Assembly (NCBI GenBank): GCA_963789955.1
Contig: CAWBMV010000020.1
Coordinates: 86,111 to 150,110, forward strand
Reading direction: 5' to 3'
Length of the DNA: 64,000 bases
Source: an uncultured Candidatus Rokubacteria bacterium
GTDB lineage: Bacteria; Methylomirabilota; Methylomirabilia; Rokubacteriales; CSP1-6
Below the pieces are notes generated by a model. The model searched no databases and was not told where the DNA came from. It saw only the letters and a list, made by a program, of their open reading frames with translations. Position numbers and translations under genes: made by a program. Positions 50,148-58,615 of the stretch are shown here, piece after piece (the stretch's first letter is position 1; every line of letters begins with the position of its first letter).

Positions 50148-52769
50148 ATGAAGAGTGCCCCTCGCATTGTCGTCGCGCTGTCGCTCCTGCTCGCCGCCGT
50201 TTGGCCGGCCTCCGCCAGCGCTCAGACCACTAAAGCGGGTGTCGTCACCACCCTGGAAGGCAACGTGACCGCCGCCCGCACCTCGGGGACTCAGCCGGTC
50301 GCGCTGAAGTTCAAGGACGACGTGTTCGTGAACGATCGCGTCGTCACCGGCGATCGCTCCCTTGCACGTCTCCTGCTGGGCGGCAAGGCGGTCGTCACCG
50401 TGCGCGAGCGCTCGGCTCTGACGATCACCGAGGTTCCGGGCCGCTCCACGATCGACCTCGACTCCGGCAAGGTCGCCGTCGCGGTCGCCAAGGACAAGAT
50501 GCGGTCGGGCGAGCAGATCGAGGTCAAGACTCCGAATGCCGTCGCCGCAGTTCGCGGCACCGTGTTCATCGCCGAGGTCATTCGCGCCTCCGCCAGCGCG
50601 AACAACGCTCAGGGCGGGACGACCGCCAACTTCTATGTGCTGACGGGTCAGGTCGCCGTCACGAGCGGCACGCAGGTCATTACGGTCGGCCCCAATAACT
50701 TCGCGACCGTGACCGGCGGCATCGTGAACACCGGCGTCATGAGCCCGGCGATGCGGGCCAACGCTGCGGGTGGCCTCTCCTCGAGCAGCCTGCCGCAGGT
50801 CAGCGGCGCCGAAGACGACGCGAAGCAGACCGCGATGAACACGACCATCGCGACGTTCTCGGCGGGCACGGCGCCCTTCGTCACGCCCCCGGTGATCCCG
50901 CCGCCGCCGACGGTTCAGCTCCCGAAGATTCAAGACGCCCTGACCCCCGGAGGCCCGGGGGTCACCACGACGCCACCGCCCATGGAGGCGGCGCCTATCA
51001 TGCCGCCGCCACCGCCGCCCATCACACCGCCGCCCCCGCCGCCCATCACACCGGGACCGCCCGGCTCGATGAAAGCCGGCGGCATGCTCCTCTTCGGGGA
51101 CGCGGACATTTCACCGAGCGTCCCGTCGCGGGCCGCTCTGGCGGCGGATCTGCGGGCCGTTCAACCCAGCGCACTCATCACCAATCTGAACGGTTCCAAG
51201 CTGCCCGCTGACCTGTCGGCGTACGGCAGCATCTGGTACGTGGGCGCGTTCAGTGCGATCAGCGCCGATGACCAGTCGAAGCTCGCTCAATTTCTCGCCA
51301 AAGGAGGCGGTGTCTACCTCACGGGCGAGCGGCCATGCTGCCAGGCGCTCAACAATTCCGTTCAAAGCCTCCTTCGCACCGTGGTTGTCGGGGGAGAGAA
51401 CATCACCGTCGGTAGCAACACTGACTTCCCCGGGCTCGCCACGTTCAACCCCACGGCGCGAGGCGGGGTCACATCAGCACCCAACGTGCTGACGACGTGG
51501 GCCCCGAATGGGCCGGGGGAATTGATTGGCATCTCTGGCGCCAACGTCCTTGCCACGGCAGGCAACGGGATCGTAGGCGGCGTTTGGAACGAAACAGATC
51601 TGGCCGGCAACGCCGGTCGGATCGTCCTGATGATGGACGTCGATTGGCTGTCGAACGGCGACTCGCTGTCGCTCTGCAGCGCCCAGTGCCGGCAGGACAT
51701 CATCGGGAACTTCGCGGCATTTCTAGAGGATTCGGTCAGCCCCCTCGCGCTGGACGGCCCGCTCTTCCGATCGGTCGGTGAGCAATTCGCAACGCAGTCC
51801 ACCTTCTTCGATGCGCCCGGCGTGACGGTCGTGGGTAGCTCGCTCGATCCGCTCATCTGGCTCAGCGGCAGCACGATCACGGCTCAGGGTGGGCTGGCGC
51901 GCATGAGCGACAGCACCGTGTTCATGGCGGGAAGCTTCCTGCGCCTCGACTCCGGCGCTCAAATCAGGCAGACCGGTACGGATCCGCTCGTCTCCATGGC
52001 CGGCGGCGTGCTCGTGGTTGGCGCCGGTACCCCGGGCCACCTCTTCGATCTCGTAGGGCGCGCGGGCATCACCCAGATCGATCCCGACACCGGTCTCACC
52101 ATCGGCGCCGACCAGCCGATTCTGCCTGGGGCCCAGGCGCCGCTGTTCAGCGCGGACCGGGGCGCGGTCGCCGTCGTCACCGGCAACGCGTACCGGATCG
52201 ACACCGCGCTGCTCGAGGCGACGGCGCCGCTCCTCAACCTCAACGGCGGAAGCGGGCTGACCACGGGCGACCACGCCGTCAACCTGGTCGGAAGCGCCAA
52301 GGTATCGATCCCGAACGACGCCGTGGCGATGATCAATCTCAGGGCCAGCGCCCTCGCCGTGGCCAACGGCCACCTCGTGAACGTGGCCGGCGGCAGCGTG
52401 CTCAACATCGCGGGCAACCTCGTGAACCTCGCGGACAGCAGCACCCTGAGCATCCTGAACGGTCTGCTGCTCAACGTGTCCGGCGGCTCGTCGGCCTCGA
52501 TCGGCCGCTCGCTCGTGAGCTTCTCGGGTACCGGTAACGTCCTGAACGTCACCAACTCGATCGTGCCGACCGCGATCGTCAACGGGATCCCCGTCTCCGG
52601 GCCGACCGACAGCTTCCGCATCGGCGCCAACGCGATCGCCGGCGCAGCCGCGGGCACCATCCGCATCAACGGTGTGGTGCTGACTCCCACCACGCCGCTG
52701 TCGAGCCTCACCGGCAGCCTGGTCGCGGTGCAGAGCGGCGGCACCGTGAAGGTCGGGGTCGGTCAGTAA
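50148..52769 (+). CDS. exported FecR-domain protein with Pro-rich linker, central alpha/beta module and C-terminal beta-helix-like region
   Basis: GAGGAGG RBS, signal peptide; GVVTTLEGNV, DRVVTG, VKTPNAVAAVRGT (FecR_N-like); poly-Pro linker; Gly/Leu/Asn/Ser-rich C-terminal repeats. Confidence 0.8.
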   Translation: MKSAPRIVVALSLLLAAVWPASASAQTTKAGVVTTLEGNVTAARTSGTQPVALKFKDDVFVNDRVVTGDRSLARLLLGGKAVVTVRERSALTITEVPGRSTIDLDSGKVAVAVAKDKMRSGEQIEVKTPNAVAAVRGTVFIAEVIRASASANNAQGGTTANFYVLTGQVAVTSGTQVITVGPNNFATVTGGIVNTGVMSPAMRANAAGGLSSSSLPQVSGAEDDAKQTAMNTTIATFSAGTAPFVTPPVIPPPPTVQLPKIQDALTPGGPGVTTTPPPMEAAPIMPPPPPPITPPPPPPITPGPPGSMKAGGMLLFGDADISPSVPSRAALAADLRAVQPSALITNLNGSKLPADLSAYGSIWYVGAFSAISADDQSKLAQFLAKGGGVYLTGERPCCQALNNSVQSLLRTVVVGGENITVGSNTDFPGLATFNPTARGGVTSAPNVLTTWAPNGPGELIGISGANVLATAGNGIVGGVWNETDLAGNAGRIVLMMDVDWLSNGDSLSLCSAQCRQDIIGNFAAFLEDSVSPLALDGPLFRSVGEQFATQSTFFDAPGVTVVGSSLDPLIWLSGSTITAQGGLARMSDSTVFMAGSFLRLDSGAQIRQTGTDPLVSMAGGVLVVGAGTPGHLFDLVGRAGITQIDPDTGLTIGADQPILPGAQAPLFSADRGAVAVVTGNAYRIDTALLEATAPLLNLNGGSGLTTGDHAVNLVGSAKVSIPNDAVAMINLRASALAVANGHLVNVAGGSVLNIAGNLVNLADSSTLSILNGLLLNVSGGSSASIGRSLVSFSGTGNVLNVTNSIVPTAIVNGIPVSGPTDSFRIGANAIAGAAAGTIRINGVVLTPTTPLSSLTGSLVAVQSGGTVKVGVGQ
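51012..51053 (+). repeat. tandem 24-nt-period repeat encoding PPPITP x2
   Basis: CCGCCGCCCATCACACCG at 51012-51029 and 51036-51053. Confidence 0.8.
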
Positions 52770-52796
52770 GGCGACGAGGAGAACGTCAGGCGAAGA

Positions 52797-54386
52797 TCAG
52801 TAGGACCAGATCAGGCTGAGCGAGACGACGTTGCGGAGGTAGGAGTACACCTCGATGTTGGACCAGTCGCGCGTCACCTGATACTCGGCGGCGAGCGTGA
52901 AGTTGGCCGGCAGCGGCAGCTCCGCGCGCACGATGTTCGTCATCTCCTGGTCCTGGCGCCACTTCGAGCCCGGCGCGTAGGACGGCAGGACCGTGTTCTT
53001 GTACACGTAGTCGCGGAAGTGAACGTCGAGGTCGTACTTCAGCCGTAGCGCCCGCCAGGGCAAGGTGTACTGCGCGCCGAAGTTCACGCGGTTGCCGAAG
53101 TACATCCAGTTCCGCCCGCTGGTGTTGCCGGTGTCGTCCCAGTCGAACTGATAGCCGGCCTTGATGTAGTGCCGGTCTTCGGCGAAGCGGATGTAGTGCA
53201 GGAAGCCCACCATGTAGTTGTCGCCGGTCCGGTTGTCGTTCGCGATCAGCACGGCCTGATTGACGTTCTCGAAAATCTTCGCCTGGAAGCGGAAGAAGCC
53301 CTGCGTGAAGTTCCGGTCGCTCTCGATGACGAGGCCGGACAGGGCCACGGTGTGGCGCTGCAGGAACTGCTCGGTGCCGAGGATCGTGTCATCGTAGGCG
53401 TACTGGAGGCTCACCTGCGTCGGCAGCGAGGCCAGCGCCGTCTTGTAGGTCAGGCTCGCGGTGCCGAGGTTGTTGATGACGTTGAACGACGGCATCGCGT
53501 TCTGGTACGTCATGAAGAACGAATAGCCGATCGACGACTCCCAGTCCAGGGTCCGCCACCACACGTAGCTCGTGTTCACGCCGAAGAGCTCGCCGAAGGA
53601 CTCGTGCTTGTGGCGCCGGATCTCCGCCACCAATGGTTCGATGGGCGGGTCGTTGTCCTGCACGGGGCGCACGTCCACGTTGTCGTCCCAGGTGAGCCCC
53701 ACGCGCGCCTCGAACGAGAACCGACGGTCCTTGCTGCCCGAGGCTACGATCGAATCGCGAAGCCGCTCGGCCGGTCCCGTCAGCTGCGAGCCCGGCGCCA
53801 GACGGATCGCCTGCTCGACCTCCGCCGCCGCCTGGCCCGGCAGGCCGAGCACGCCGAGGGCGAGACCGCTGTAGAAGCGCGTGAGCTGCTGGATCTCCGG
53901 ATCGTTCGAGCGTCCGTCGCGAAACGCGGCAAGCGCGCCCCGGTAGTCCTTCTTGCGATAACGCAGGAATCCGACGTAGTAACCGAGGCCGTCCAGATCG
54001 CGATTCGCGCGGAACGCCTCTTCCAGGAGCGGCTGCGCCTTGTCGTATTGCTGCTGGGCGAAGTAGACCAGGCCCAGCTGGTAGGCGATCGACGGATCCT
54101 TGGGCGACTTCGCGCGGGCACGCTCGAGATACGGCGCCGCCAGATCGGGGCGCTTCTGCGCCGCGTAGACCGCGCCGGTGAAATACAACGCCTCGACGTG
54201 ATCGGGCTCGAGCTGGAGCGCGCGGCGCAGATTCTCGAGCGCGGCATCGTATTTCTTGTCGTCGAACTCGAGCACGGCCTGCGCGACGTAGACGTCGGCC
54301 TCGGTCGTCTGGGCCTGGGCTATCGCCGAGTCGAGGATCAGTGCGAGCGAGAGGACGAACCAGACCGCCGCAAGGGCGCGGATCAC
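52797..54386 (-). CDS. TPR + outer-membrane beta-barrel protein (Slam/DUF560-like)
   Basis: Signal peptide, several TPR repeats, WDDNV barrel start, alternating aromatic strands, C-terminal SLSLIWSY beta-signal. Confidence 0.8.
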   Translation of the reverse strand: MIRALAAVWFVLSLALILDSAIAQAQTTEADVYVAQAVLEFDDKKYDAALENLRRALQLEPDHVEALYFTGAVYAAQKRPDLAAPYLERARAKSPKDPSIAYQLGLVYFAQQQYDKAQPLLEEAFRANRDLDGLGYYVGFLRYRKKDYRGALAAFRDGRSNDPEIQQLTRFYSGLALGVLGLPGQAAAEVEQAIRLAPGSQLTGPAERLRDSIVASGSKDRRFSFEARVGLTWDDNVDVRPVQDNDPPIEPLVAEIRRHKHESFGELFGVNTSYVWWRTLDWESSIGYSFFMTYQNAMPSFNVINNLGTASLTYKTALASLPTQVSLQYAYDDTILGTEQFLQRHTVALSGLVIESDRNFTQGFFRFQAKIFENVNQAVLIANDNRTGDNYMVGFLHYIRFAEDRHYIKAGYQFDWDDTGNTSGRNWMYFGNRVNFGAQYTLPWRALRLKYDLDVHFRDYVYKNTVLPSYAPGSKWRQDQEMTNIVRAELPLPANFTLAAEYQVTRDWSNIEVYSYLRNVVSLSLIWSY

Positions 54387-54444
54387 AGGGTGCGTTATAT
54401 CGAAGGTTCAGCGCCAAATCAAATCTCGCGCGCGGCCGCGTTTC

Positions 54445-54474
54445 TTGACCCGCGCCGGGCGATGACGCTACGAT
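54445..54474 (+). promoter_or_regulatory. sigma70 promoter of microprotein paralog 3
   Basis: TTGACC (54445-54450), 18 nt, TACGAT (54469-54474), 11 nt upstream of the ATG. Confidence 0.55.
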
Positions 54475-54485
54475 TTTTCAAGCCC

Positions 54486-54797
54486 ATGGCTCAGCTGGTG
54501 TTCATCGTCTCGCGCCACCGGCCGAAGCTTCACGAATACCTGCAGGAGGAGTTCGCCGGCAACGCCGAGGTTGCCGTCATCGTCGACCGCCGTCTCGGGG
54601 AGCGCCGCCTGCGCGAGCTCGAGCACAGCCCGGATCGGCGGCAGACCGACCGCCGGGACGCCCTCGCCGAGGAGCGACTCCGATCGATGGGCTGGGCGGT
54701 CGTCTGGCGCGACGAGTCGACAACCGTCTACGTCGCGCGCGAGGAAGCGATCTTGCTACCGCCCGAGGCCCGCACGCCCCCGACCGACGGCTCCTGA
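54486..54797 (+). CDS. Arg-repeat microprotein, paralog 3 (103 aa)
   Basis: MAQLVFIVSRHRPKLHEYL...VAVIVDRRLGERR...DRRQTDRR...LRSMGW. Confidence 0.78.
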   Translation: MAQLVFIVSRHRPKLHEYLQEEFAGNAEVAVIVDRRLGERRLRELEHSPDRRQTDRRDALAEERLRSMGWAVVWRDESTTVYVAREEAILLPPEARTPPTDGS

Positions 54798-54800
54798 TCG

Positions 54801-55415
54801 TCAGTGCGCGCGATATCCGACCAGGCCGGCGTCGAGCGAGCGCCGATCGACCCGGGAGAGGCTCCGCGTCATCGCAGACGTGAGAAGGCGCGTGTGCCGC
54901 ACGCCCACGAGATGCTCGGCGATCCACCAGAGGTCGGCCTCCGACGTCATCCAGCCCCGGTGACTCCGATCGAAGCGGGCCAGATTGACCGGACGCGAGT
55001 ACGCGCGCAGGGTCCGCTCGCCGCGCAGGTTGATGTAGGCCTCGAAATAGCTCATCACGAGCTCGCGCACGCTGCGGTAGACCGGCTCGCGAAAGCGGAG
55101 TCCCGAGAAATTCGACTTGGCGATCGCGCCCCAGTGGCCGCGCACCCGGAAGACGCTGATGACGTGATCGGTGTCCTGGACGGCCTCCAGATCGAGGAGC
55201 AGCGGCGTGAAGCCCAGGACCCTAAGCGCCGCCGCGGCAAAAATAGCGCCCTCCAGGCAGTGCGCGGTGCCCTCGCGGAGCACGCGTCGCGGTGACCAGA
55301 CGCTGGAGGCGACGTGATAGGGCATGGCCTCCAACGCCCGCTGGATCCCGACGGGTGTTCGGAGCGCGCGCAAGCTGCGCCACTCCCGGGATGTGAAGCC
55401 GAAATCGCCACTCAT
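54801..55415 (-). CDS. transglutaminase-like hypothetical protein
   Basis: SPRRVL..GTAHCLEGA, DHVI, WGAIAKSN; Cys-His arrangement suggests a papain-like fold. Confidence 0.65.
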   Translation of the reverse strand: MSGDFGFTSREWRSLRALRTPVGIQRALEAMPYHVASSVWSPRRVLREGTAHCLEGAIFAAAALRVLGFTPLLLDLEAVQDTDHVISVFRVRGHWGAIAKSNFSGLRFREPVYRSVRELVMSYFEAYINLRGERTLRAYSRPVNLARFDRSHRGWMTSEADLWWIAEHLVGVRHTRLLTSAMTRSLSRVDRRSLDAGLVGYRAH

Positions 55416-55583
55416 CTCGTGCGCCGCAAAGCGGCCGCCCATCCTAGCATCCTCGCTGTCGAGCCCGTGACGCTGTCCGTGCTGGTGCGACGCCGCTCGG
55501 ACGTCCGATCAGGTGTCAGAACGCCAAAGCCGACCAGCGATGAGGGCTTCAAGAACGGCACGCGTCTTGCCCCCGGGTCGAGC

Positions 55584-55769
55584 ATGTCCGACCCGCGGCG
55601 CCTGCGGCGACTCTTTGGAGCGGCCGCACACCTGTGTCAGGTCGAGGTCGACCTCGCCGCCGCCGGGTATCCCGAGCTCGTTGCAAAGCTCGAGGATATC
55701 CGCGCCGTGATCGATCTCGAGATCGCCTGTCTCGAGCCCGACGATCTGAGCCAGCCACACTGCGGCTGA
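55584..55769 (+). CDS. small hypothetical protein (61 aa)
   Basis: ORF MSDPRRLRRLFG... with genome-like codon usage; no recognised motif. Confidence 0.4.
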   Translation: MSDPRRLRRLFGAAAHLCQVEVDLAAAGYPELVAKLEDIRAVIDLEIACLEPDDLSQPHCG

Positions 55770-55829
55770 GCGGGAGCCCGCGCTCCGGTCGTAACGACGT
55801 CGCCGTCCGAGAGCTGGCTCACTGCGCAA

Positions 55830-55858
55830 TTGACAGGCACCCCGCGTCAACATAGAGT
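55830..55858 (+). promoter_or_regulatory. sigma70 promoter of the solute-binding protein gene
   Basis: TTGACA (55830-55835), 17 nt, TAGAGT (55853-55858), then AGGAGG RBS. Confidence 0.7.
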
Positions 55859-55878
55859 CCGTCGCCAGGAGGCGGGCG

Positions 55879-57202
55879 ATGAGCCAAAGCGGACTGCCAC
55901 GGACCATCGGAAGCTCCCAGAGCAGCGCCGGACGGCGCGCGTTCCTCAGGACCGGCGGACGCGCCCTGGCGGGTGTCGCCGGCATCCTCGCCGCCGGCCG
56001 CGCGCCGGCCAGCTGGGCCGCGCGCGAGTTGAGTCTCCTGACCGCCGTCAACTACGCGCCCGCCTCGGACGTGAAGCTGGCCGAGCTCGCGAAGCGCTTC
56101 ACGAAGGCCTCCGGCGTCAACGTGCGCATCGACCACATCCAGAGCGTGCAGATGCCCGCCAAGCTGTCGGCGGAGATCATGAGCAAGTCGGGTCACGACA
56201 TCATGAGCCTGGAGATGCACTACGCCTGGCTCTTCCAGCCCGGACTGGCCGACGTGTCCGACATCGCGAACGACCTCGCGAAGAAGCACGGCGACTGGTA
56301 CCCGTTCTTGAAGGAACACGCCCTGGTCAAGGGGCAGTGGCTCGGCGTTCCGTTCATGTACACCTCCTTCCCGGGCAGTCATCGGATCGACCTGTTCGAG
56401 AAGGTCAGCGAGCGCGAACCCGATACCTGGGACGACTTGCTGCGCGCCGGGCGCAAGCTGAAGAAGCTCGGCAACCCCGTCGGGTTCGCGATCAGCCAGA
56501 CGACCGACTCGGTCTCGACGCTCTACTCGATCCTCTGGTGCTACGGCGCCAAGGACGTCGCTGAGGACGGCAAGACGATCGCGATCAACTCGAAGCGACC
56601 GAGATGGCGATCGAGTACGTGCAGACCCTCTACAACGACGCGATGGACCCGGCCGTGCTCTCGTGGGACAACGCGGGCAACAACCAGTGGTTGAACTCGG
56701 GGAAGGGCTCCTGGATTCACAACCCGATCAGCCACTACGTGGTCGCCAAGCAGGAAAAGCTCGCGGTGGCCGAGCAGACCGGCTTCCATCCGTCGCCGGC
56801 GGGGCCGAACGGCCGTCACACCGTCGGCGTGCCGCGAAGCCTCGGCATCTGGAAGTTCAGCAAGAACGTCGACGTCGCGCGCGATTTCCTGAAGTGGTTC
56901 TTCGAGCCCGCGCAGTACCACGAGTGGATCGTCTCGGGCGACAGCTACAACCACCCACCTGGCGCGACATGGAAAACCACCCGGTGTGGGACATCGACAA
57001 GAAATACAAGCCGCTCAAGGGGGCGGCGAAATACTCGCACCTGTACGGGTGGCCCGCACCGCCGGACGAGAAGATTCAGCTGATCACGAACAGCTACATC
57101 ATCCCGAACATGTTCGCGCGGGTGGTCACGAACGCCTCCAAGCCCAAGGAGGCGATGCTCTGGGCCGAGACGGAGATCAAGCGGGCGTTCGAGCGCAGCT
57201 AG
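55879..57202 (+). CDS. Tat-exported sugar-type (family 1) ABC substrate-binding protein (frameshifts near 56600 and 56960)
   Basis: GRRAFL twin-arginine signal; GHDI, WLGVP, PDTWDDL, WDNAGNNQ, SLGIWKFSKN. Confidence 0.82.
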
Positions 57203-57205
57203 CCG

Positions 57206-58042
57206 TCACTCCTTGCCGCCGATCTCCTCTTCCTTCGCGCCCGCGACGGGCACGAACAGGGGCTGCCCGTATTTGTCGACGCCGAAGGTCTTGATGAGCT
57301 TCTGCGTCTCGGCCGACAGCATGAACTCGGCGAACGCCGTGCCGCCGGCCGTGTTGACCTTCGGGCCGTTGCTCGGATTCACCAGCATCACGGAGTAGAT
57401 GTTCAGCAGCGGCTTGTCGCCCTCGACCAGGATCGGCAGACGCACGCGCTTCTGAAAGGCGAGAAACGTCCCGCGGTCCGTCAGGGTGTAGGCCTTCCGA
57501 TCGTCGGCGATGCCGAGCGTCGCGCCCATGCCCTGCCCCGCCTCGATGTACCAGGCGCCCTGCGGCTCGACGCCGGCCAGCTTCCACAGTGTCTTCTCGA
57601 GCAGGTGCGTGCCGGAGTTGTCGCCGCGTGAGACGAAGCGTGAGCCGGTCGCCGCGATCGCCTTCATCGCGTCGGCCGCCTTCGTCACGCCCTTGATCTT
57701 CGCGGGATCGTCCGCCGGACCGATGATGACGAAGTCGTTGTACATGACGAGCCGGCGGTCGAGCATCTTGCCGTCCGCGACGTATTTCTTCTCGAGCGCG
57801 GGCGCGTGGGCGAGCACGACGTCGGCCTCGCCCCGCGCCGCCAGCGCGAGCGCCTGACCGGTGCCCACCGCGATCGTCTTGACCGTGTAGCCGGTTTTTT
57901 GCTCGAAGAGCGGGACCAGGACGTCGAGCAGACCCGAATCCTGTGTGCTGGTGGTCGTCGACAGGATGACCGGGGAGCGCTGCGCCGCCGCGGGCGCCGG
58001 AAGTATCGTCAGAAAAAGCGCGGCCAGCAACGTCCAGAGCAT
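57206..58042 (-). CDS. tupA: tungstate ABC transporter substrate-binding protein
   Basis: STTTSTQDSGLL (TTTS), VGTGQAL, FVSRGDNSGTH, GQGMGATL, YTLTDRGT. Confidence 0.9.
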   Translation of the reverse strand: MLWTLLAALFLTILPAPAAAQRSPVILSTTTSTQDSGLLDVLVPLFEQKTGYTVKTIAVGTGQALALAARGEADVVLAHAPALEKKYVADGKMLDRRLVMYNDFVIIGPADDPAKIKGVTKAADAMKAIAATGSRFVSRGDNSGTHLLEKTLWKLAGVEPQGAWYIEAGQGMGATLGIADDRKAYTLTDRGTFLAFQKRVRLPILVEGDKPLLNIYSVMLVNPSNGPKVNTAGGTAFAEFMLSAETQKLIKTFGVDKYGQPLFVPVAGAKEEEIGGKE

Positions 58043-58238
58043 CGAATCTCTCCTTGTTCGCCGCCCCTTTAGGTGTCGAGACGGCGGCGGCGACGGTCGA
58101 CGAGAAGCCGCGGACCGATGCGCGCCGATATGGTCTCGTCTCGCGCGGCGTCGGACAACTAACACGCGACCCCGACGGTGGTCAAGCCGTCGCTCGGCGC
58201 GGCCCGATAACTTGAGTCGATCGGGATGGGGGAGTACG

Positions 58239-58553
58239 TTGAATCACGTGCTCGCTGGATTGATCACGCTCGCGTTCGTCGGGATGCTGCAGTCGCTCGG
58301 CGCCCTCGCCGACACTGTTCCCGTCGACCCGACGTGGCGGAGCGACGCATCCAGCGACGACGAGCGCGGACACGCCGCCGGACGCGGACCGTCGAGTCAC
58401 GACGCGATCGGTCCCGTCGCGGTCAGCATCCCGTGTCGCGCCCAGCCGACACTCGACCTCATCGCCGACACGGCAGCGCTTCTCTCGAGCGTTCGACTCC
58501 CCTCCCAGGAGTCGCGCGCTCCGCCGGCTCTCCTCTCGCAGGTCTCGCTCTAA
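58239..58553 (+). CDS. putative ribosome-arrest leader peptide (signal/TM N-terminus, C-terminal RAPP)
   Basis: GGGGAG RBS, TTG start; hydrophobic N-terminus, PVDPTW..D..DD, SRAPP eight residues before the stop. Confidence 0.65.
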   Translation: MNHVLAGLITLAFVGMLQSLGALADTVPVDPTWRSDASSDDERGHAAGRGPSSHDAIGPVAVSIPCRAQPTLDLIADTAALLSSVRLPSQESRAPPALLSQVSL

Positions 58554-58606
58554 CTCGATCGAGATGGCCCGTGGTGACCACGGGCCGCGAAGTGCTGCGA
58601 TAGGAG
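58530..58606 (+). promoter_or_regulatory. anti-SD/SD sequestering stem (translational attenuator)
   Basis: CTCCTCTCGCAG (58530-58541) pairs 11/12 with CTGCGATAGGAG (58595-58606, contains the SD); inner perfect hairpin GGCCCGTGG-TGA-CCACGGGCC (58566-58586). Confidence 0.65.
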
Positions 58607-58615
58607 GCAACAACT

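Noticed and set aside
6066..57202. Frameshifts in about 15 genes (murF, dppA/B-like, DUF445, deaminase, IOR, NYN, S26, cytochrome, pepN, crcB, cupin, protease, cyclase, SBP) as programmed frameshifting or mass pseudogenisation
   Set aside because: They hit an essential gene (murF), are single-base and often compensating, lack slippery-site/hairpin signatures, and come without nonsense decay; sequencing or assembly indel error is far more likely.
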